64,000 nt of DNA from an uncultured virus (IMG/VR IMGVR_UViG_3300012274_000094). Its lineage: Duplodnaviria; Heunggongvirae; Uroviricota; Caudoviricetes. The position numbers and the translations under genes are program-made. Shown here in pieces: positions 59,353 through 64,000 of this stretch (within the stretch, counting starts at the first letter, position 1; each line of letters starts with the position of its first letter). The notes under the pieces were generated by a model. It was not told the origin of the DNA. It did no database searches and saw nothing but the letters and a program-made list of their open reading frames with translations. The stretch spans positions 1-64,000 of IMG/VR virus record IMGVR_UViG_3300012274_000094; one strand, 5' to 3'.

Positions 59353-59673
59353 ATGCCACAAGGCTTACAATGTTTTGATGAAACTGGGAAGATTGTTGTT
59401 GATGTTACAGATCGTCAAATGCACTTAATACATACTTTTGAAATCTCTTTAGGTTCTAATGAGTATTATAAGGATTATGTTTATGACGGTATTTCATCTG
59501 AAACTCATATAGCAATTGTTAGAGAAGACTGCTTAGGTAATATGACTCAGCAATACCCTACACTTGCTTACCATGGTGGGCCTTTTGCGTCTATTTATAC
59601 ACCTAATGTAGTAAGAGTGAGTGCATTATCTGGTTTAGCCCTTCTTACTGTTGATATTTATAGGTATGGATAA
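59353..59673 (+). CDS. Tail-tip accessory protein
   Basis: MPQGLQCFDETGKIVVD, typical of genes following J. Confidence 0.6.
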   Translation: MPQGLQCFDETGKIVVDVTDRQMHLIHTFEISLGSNEYYKDYVYDGISSETHIAIVREDCLGNMTQQYPTLAYHGGPFASIYTPNVVRVSALSGLALLTVDIYRYG

Positions 59674-60335
59674 TGTCTGGTTTTGAAGTAAGTAATGATA
59701 AAGGTGAAATTATTGTTAGTGACACTTACAGACATTTAGGTGTAAATTCTGTACAAGTGTTAGATGGTGGTGCACCTAGTTCAATAGGTGCATCTTCTGG
59801 TTGGGCACCTAGTTTTATTCAAACCCCTAGTTTGGTATATCCTTCTTTTCGTAATGATTTACCAAAAGAGACTCTTTATATTTTAAACCTATCAGAAGGT
59901 ACAGAGTTTTGTGGGAAATATTGGCATAGTGTGCATAACAATAATATTTCATTTTTAAGTTATGACTACACTAAAATCTCTGGTTATTTAGATGTATATG
60001 ATGAGCAAGGTAATTTAATCTGGTCTGCTATATCTGCTAAAAATGTTCCAAGGATAGTGCAAACATATCAATTAACAGCAGATAACTTATTAAACGGTAT
60101 TACGCTGAGCATTGGTTCTAATGTGGGTATCTTACTAAATACTTTACCTTCATGGTTTAGACCGGGACCTATGAATAACTTAAATAGAGGGGGCGTGTTT
60201 GGTAGATACTCTAACAGTCAGTTACAATTACAGTTTGCTGCTGCTGCTAAATTAAATGATATCTCCCCAAGGATTATTGAAAATTTAGGGCCAAATGGCA
60301 CTCTTCCTGTTCATATTACCTCTTTTGCATCATAA
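59673..60335 (+). CDS. Tail-tip receptor-binding/accessory protein
   Basis: GFEVSNDKGEII..GYLDVYDEQGNLIWS internal repeat. Confidence 0.6.
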   Translation: MSGFEVSNDKGEIIVSDTYRHLGVNSVQVLDGGAPSSIGASSGWAPSFIQTPSLVYPSFRNDLPKETLYILNLSEGTEFCGKYWHSVHNNNISFLSYDYTKISGYLDVYDEQGNLIWSAISAKNVPRIVQTYQLTADNLLNGITLSIGSNVGILLNTLPSWFRPGPMNNLNRGGVFGRYSNSQLQLQFAAAAKLNDISPRIIENLGPNGTLPVHITSFAS

Positions 60336-60349
60336 GGTTACTAGATAAA

Positions 60350-60377
60350 AAGAAAGCCCCTTAATTGGGGCTTTCTT
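60350..60377. terminator. Bidirectional terminator
   Basis: AAGAAAGCCCC/GGGGCTTTCTT. Confidence 0.7.
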
Positions 60378-60391
60378 CATTTAAATGCATT

Positions 60392-60586
60392 TTATACAGG
60401 TTGATCTGGACTTTGTGGTTCTTCTACCAGCGTATAATTAACAGCTACAGCACCAGTATCAAGATCCCAACCTAAATTCAAAGTTTTGAAAGCAGGGCGA
60501 TTGTTATATTTCTGATTATTAACAATATCCTTAGTTTTTTGAGCAAGTTCGATATCTAAATCGGTAAATACTTTTACTTCAGCCAT
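60392..60586 (-). CDS. 64-aa hypothetical late protein
   Basis: GAGGA RBS; own TGGAAC element. Confidence 0.65.
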   Translation of the reverse strand: MAEVKVFTDLDIELAQKTKDIVNNQKYNNRPAFKTLNLGWDLDTGAVAVNYTLVEEPQSPDQPV

Positions 60587-60626
60587 GAGCTTTTCCTCTA
60601 AAACAGATTAAAAAATATGTGCAGAT

Positions 60627-60742
60627 AGAATTGCATGCTGTGGATTTATTGAATCTGTACGGTTCCAATTAACTTTGGAACTCATCTAATAGTTAAAAAT
60701 TGGTAGCCATCAAAATACTTAATTATTTAGGTATTTTGGCTT
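60627..60742. promoter_or_regulatory. Back-to-back late-type promoters
   Basis: GTTCCAA-ttaact-TTGGAAC; minus -10 AATTCT(60632), plus -10 CAAAAT(60711) with CAAAATAC/GTATTTTG stem. Confidence 0.7.
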
Positions 60743-60746
60743 AGTT

Positions 60747-62282
60747 ATGTCTTCTCGGTTCTTATCGTTGTTACTCGGTGAAAATGTTAATTCATATGAT
60801 CAGCAATTTGATGCCTCAAATCAGGATGCTACGGCGCAGCTTTATGAATCCATGGCACCATTTTCACTTGGGACCAATCAAACTAAAGCCAATAAGAAGC
60901 GTACTCGAAAAGAAATTTTCACCAAATGGGAGAGAATGTTACGCTTTGCCCCTATCGCAGAGGGTATGGGGATTCATGTTTCTGCAGCTTTAGGCGGAGA
61001 TTCTTATAGCGGCCAACAAGTGTTTATTACACCAGCACAACGTTTGAAAAAGGGAAATGGCCCAGCAGCTGAAAAAATCAAAAAGCAGCTAGATGAACGC
61101 CGTGATGTCATGGAAAAGCTGATCAATAAGTATTTAAGTAAGCTTGCCCGAGATGCGATTTCATTTGGCGATTCTTATGCCCGAATTTATGGCAAAAAAG
61201 AAAATGGAGTAATTGACCTCCTTTGTAATGAGTATACTTATCCGCCATTAATACAGCCATTCGAACAGGGCAGTAAAACTGTCGCATTTTTTTGCTTAGA
61301 TCCTCGAAATTGGCAGAAAACTATTACCAAACTAAATACTATTCAAATGGTACGTTTCAAAATGCCCCGTATGAGCAATATTGCTCAATATGAACTTGTT
61401 GAAACTGGCCTTGTAACTAAAATGTTAGAAGGAGATGACCCAGATGAATTACCGATTTTACCAGCGCATTTAGGTGGTTCATTTCTATACGAAATTGAAG
61501 AAGTTTATGATGATGTGATTCTTGCATTGGCATCTATGAACAGCCAGCAGATTGCAGATACAGTAAATCAGATGTTCTTGACGGTAAATATGTCTGGAAT
61601 GCCGCCAGCACAACGCCAAGCCTATGTTCGGGGTTTAGAAGGTTTACTTAAAAATCATGAGACATATGTTCGTGATGCTTTATCTGGTGGCGAAGCCGTT
61701 TGGAATACTGCTTTTCATATGCTGCCAGTATTTGATGAAAAGCAAGTTCTAAATCCTGTTGGTGATATCAAACTTCAAAGAAGCTCACCTATTAATATTG
61801 AACAATTCATGATTAATGTCCGTTTGTTAATGGGCGGGATAGGTCTAGACCCAAGTATGGTAGGGTGGGCTGACATGTTAACTGGTGGTATTGGTGAAGG
61901 AGGAGCGTTCCATACCTCAGCGCAAATAATGCGTAGGTCACAAGATATTCGTACAGCAGTAACTGAAGGGATTAATCAGATTCTTCATTTGGATTGGGGA
62001 TTTGCATTTAATGAACAATTTGAGCCTAAAGATTATCCTTGGCAAGTTGAATATTATACAAACCAAACTGCAGCAGCTACTGAAGAAATCAGTAATGCCC
62101 AATCTAGAATGAATACAACACTACTTAAAACCCAAGTGATTGCCGCTTTAAAGGAGACAAACTTAGATGTAGAAACTATGGCCTATATTCTAGAGCGCGA
62201 TGCAGGTATGAAATATGATGAAGCTCAATTATTATCTGAAAGTATTTTTAAGAGCCGTAAATTTCCTGAGGATGATGAATAA
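60747..62282 (+). CDS. Portal protein (P1 Prt-like)
   Basis: A..FGDSYARIYG..G; GGS.L; GLDPSMVGWADML.GG.GEGG. Confidence 0.75.
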   Translation: MSSRFLSLLLGENVNSYDQQFDASNQDATAQLYESMAPFSLGTNQTKANKKRTRKEIFTKWERMLRFAPIAEGMGIHVSAALGGDSYSGQQVFITPAQRLKKGNGPAAEKIKKQLDERRDVMEKLINKYLSKLARDAISFGDSYARIYGKKENGVIDLLCNEYTYPPLIQPFEQGSKTVAFFCLDPRNWQKTITKLNTIQMVRFKMPRMSNIAQYELVETGLVTKMLEGDDPDELPILPAHLGGSFLYEIEEVYDDVILALASMNSQQIADTVNQMFLTVNMSGMPPAQRQAYVRGLEGLLKNHETYVRDALSGGEAVWNTAFHMLPVFDEKQVLNPVGDIKLQRSSPINIEQFMINVRLLMGGIGLDPSMVGWADMLTGGIGEGGAFHTSAQIMRRSQDIRTAVTEGINQILHLDWGFAFNEQFEPKDYPWQVEYYTNQTAAATEEISNAQSRMNTTLLKTQVIAALKETNLDVETMAYILERDAGMKYDEAQLLSESIFKSRKFPEDDE

Positions 62283-62935
62283 TGGCTTTTTTTGAATATG
62301 AAACACAGAATAAAACGTCTAATAACAGTTTTGGTAATGTTATAAGTCCATTCAAGGAACGTTTTGCAAGAAATCCTGTCTTATGGTCTGGATTGACAGT
62401 TGATAAAGCTGTTTCTCATTATCAAGAGCTCTATGCATTAGGAACTCTCTCAGCCGCTCATTTTGGAATAGAAATTAGACCTTATCGGGCAAATAGTAAG
62501 ATTGCCCAAGCGAATATTCCAATTTTTGATCCTTCCAATAAAATCGCATGGTTAGCCAATAATGTTGATGTATCTCTTCTGGATGCACAAACAGATTCAG
62601 TACATGTTGGACACCATCAACTCAACTATATAACCGGTAATGCCTCGAATGAATTAAGTATCTCATTTATTGAGACTAAAGCTGCAGCTATTGCAAATAG
62701 TGCATTAGCCATAAAGCAGATAATGTTTAATAAAGATGGTACACAACCGCCACCTATAGAATATTTAATGCGTTTGAAAATATATGCTTTTGATAAAGCT
62801 GTAAGATCTCAACATCATTTTGAAATTGAGCATTTAGTATCTCTACAAGCTGGTAATTTGCCTCTAGATGCCGCAAATAAAGCCCATTCAATAGTCACTT
62901 TAAATTTCACTAAAATGTTCCCGAACTTAAAATAA
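62282..62935 (+). CDS. Tail tube-like/baseplate protein
   Basis: ELSISFIET, DGT.PPP.EY. Confidence 0.5.
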   Translation: MAFFEYETQNKTSNNSFGNVISPFKERFARNPVLWSGLTVDKAVSHYQELYALGTLSAAHFGIEIRPYRANSKIAQANIPIFDPSNKIAWLANNVDVSLLDAQTDSVHVGHHQLNYITGNASNELSISFIETKAAAIANSALAIKQIMFNKDGTQPPPIEYLMRLKIYAFDKAVRSQHHFEIEHLVSLQAGNLPLDAANKAHSIVTLNFTKMFPNLK

Positions 62936-62939
62936 GCTA

Positions 62940-63002
62940 TGGAACTCATTGGCTTTTTACATTCAATAGATTGAGAAAATATCCTCAAATTAAAATGAGG
63001 AT
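62940..63002 (+). promoter_or_regulatory. Late-type promoter + RBS-occluding hairpin
   Basis: TGGAAC-N29-GAAAAT(62975); TATCCTCA/TGAGGATA. Confidence 0.72.
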
Positions 63003-63008
63003 AACTCC

Positions 63009-64000
63009 GTGAGTGTTAAATCAATTTTTACTCAAACACATGCACCACATCAAAGCCGATTAGTATCTGGTTTTGATTCAATGGTGAATAGTGGCGCTTG
63101 TTCAATTGGATTTATTAAAGGTGATTACCGTCAAATTAATGCCTTAGTCACTGAAGACTACACGGAAAATGACCTCTGGCGAGTGATTAACTTAAAAGGG
63201 CAGAAGAGCGGAATCGAAGCTTATGATTCAGTTGCCATACTTGGTGCAATTGATGATCAGCATGCTGGTGAACTAGCAATCTTACAGTTTGGACGCATGT
63301 TTGACGCTTGTGTTACAGATGTAATTGAAACAAATCAATTTGGTCTTAAACGCCACCTATCTTCCAAACAATTTAATTTGTCTGGGTCTAAACCAATTCA
63401 AAGATGGCAATTAGAGAAATTACAGAACGTGATTGCTGCAGAAACACCTCAATGGGATGGTATCAGTTTAGTTTCTCATGATGGTGAAACAGCAAAACTT
63501 CTTCTAGATATGCAGCGAAATGATGACCATAGTCAGCTGCTAAGTAAATTTGATGGGTTGCCTACGCTATTATCTAGTCTGGAAGTAGAAGAAGCTCATT
63601 ATGATTCTATTATTGTCGATTACCAGCATTTAGAGCAGCTGTCTGCTATTTTGCATCACGCTATGGATCAGTTTTCTAAAACTGGTGTTAAAGTCATTAA
63701 CGTTACTGAAAGTAAGCCCTTCAAGCATAAAAAAGTACTTCAAATTGCGCTTACTTATGATTTTGAAGACGGTCAAAACTTCACAATCCTTTTTCATAAG
63801 CCAGATCGATTTTCAAAGAAAATTAGTTCTGCAGATTCATTAATTTCATGGAAGATCTTAATGAACAATCGTGATATTACAGCTGCAATTCAGCCTAATC
63901 AGGGAGAAGGAATTTCAATTCCTGTTCTCGCTGGTCGAATCATGAAGTTAATTAACCAAAATAGTAATCGTTTTAAACGCTTACAAGCTAAAAAAGCCGA
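63009..64000 (+). CDS. darA: DarA-like anti-restriction head protein (partial, runs off window; not in ORF track)
   Basis: Open frame from GTG 63009; DGQNFTILFHKP..MNNRDITAAIQP..KLINQNSNRFKR resembles DarA N-terminal domain. Confidence 0.75.
   Translation, partial: MSVKSIFTQTHAPHQSRLVSGFDSMVNSGACSIGFIKGDYRQINALVTEDYTENDLWRVINLKGQKSGIEAYDSVAILGAIDDQHAGELAILQFGRMFDACVTDVIETNQFGLKRHLSSKQFNLSGSKPIQRWQLEKLQNVIAAETPQWDGISLVSHDGETAKLLLDMQRNDDHSQLLSKFDGLPTLLSSLEVEEAHYDSIIVDYQHLEQLSAILHHAMDQFSKTGVKVINVTESKPFKHKKVLQIALTYDFEDGQNFTILFHKPDRFSKKISSADSLISWKILMNNRDITAAIQPNQGEGISIPVLAGRIMKLINQNSNRFKRLQAKKA

Larger units (their letters stand above)
1..64000. mobile_element. Temperate (pro)phage: lambdoid early region plus P1-like virion module; ends not in window
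   Basis: Continuous phage gene set (xis-like, cI/cro, rep/DnaC, terminases, capsid, sheath, portal); no host housekeeping genes. Confidence 0.93.

Noticed and set aside
36133..60335. Cin-type invertible tail fibre or diversity-generating retroelement
   Set aside because: No invertase, reverse transcriptase, inverted fibre copy or near-identical TR/VR pair seen
4048..61000. Many short antisense or alternate-frame ORFs in the track
   Set aside because: Shadows of long genes with no RBS or recognisable motifs
14739..62945. GGAAC as an ECF/RpoE -35 box
   Set aside because: In the copies checked there is no conserved element ~16 nt downstream; the conserved hexamer is 28-29 nt away
1..64000. 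tRNA/rRNA, integrase, endolysin-holin cassette
   Set aside because: None recognisable by eye; probably outside the window

Overview
The whole window is phage DNA, most likely a large temperate prophage of an Acinetobacter-type host (host inferred from low GC and gene families, not shown). The left ~14 kb is a lambdoid-style early region: excisionase-like gene, Rad52/Sak-like recombinase, cI/cro switch with ATGC-N6-GCAT operators, cII-like gene, replication initiator plus DnaC, and three DNA methyltransferases, one with a nonsense codon. The rest is a P1-like (myovirus) morphogenesis region: small terminase, large terminase with a mini-intein, transglycosylase/tape measure, baseplate, head protease, capsid, sheath, tube, portal, Hdf- and DarA-like proteins. 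AT-rich cargo genes are interspersed (HNH, DUF4238-like, TPR+DUF2971-like, F420-reductase/HxlR). Most notable signals: (1) 13 intergenic copies of a (T)GGAAC-N28/29-[-10] element, 12 of them with a hairpin over the -10/start site and the downstream translation-initiation region; (2) an Hdf-like head protein fused to an ADP-ribosyltransferase; (3) a 3501-aa protein joining a gp5/gpV spike to carbohydrate-binding-like repeats and a lambda-J-like tip; (4) a Tad1-like anti-defence sponge; (5) a tail sheath apparently split into two genes; (6) recurrent F/Y-D-S motifs in head proteins; (7) predicted sar/OOP-like antisense RNAs. All family assignments are by eye and from memory; no searches were run.
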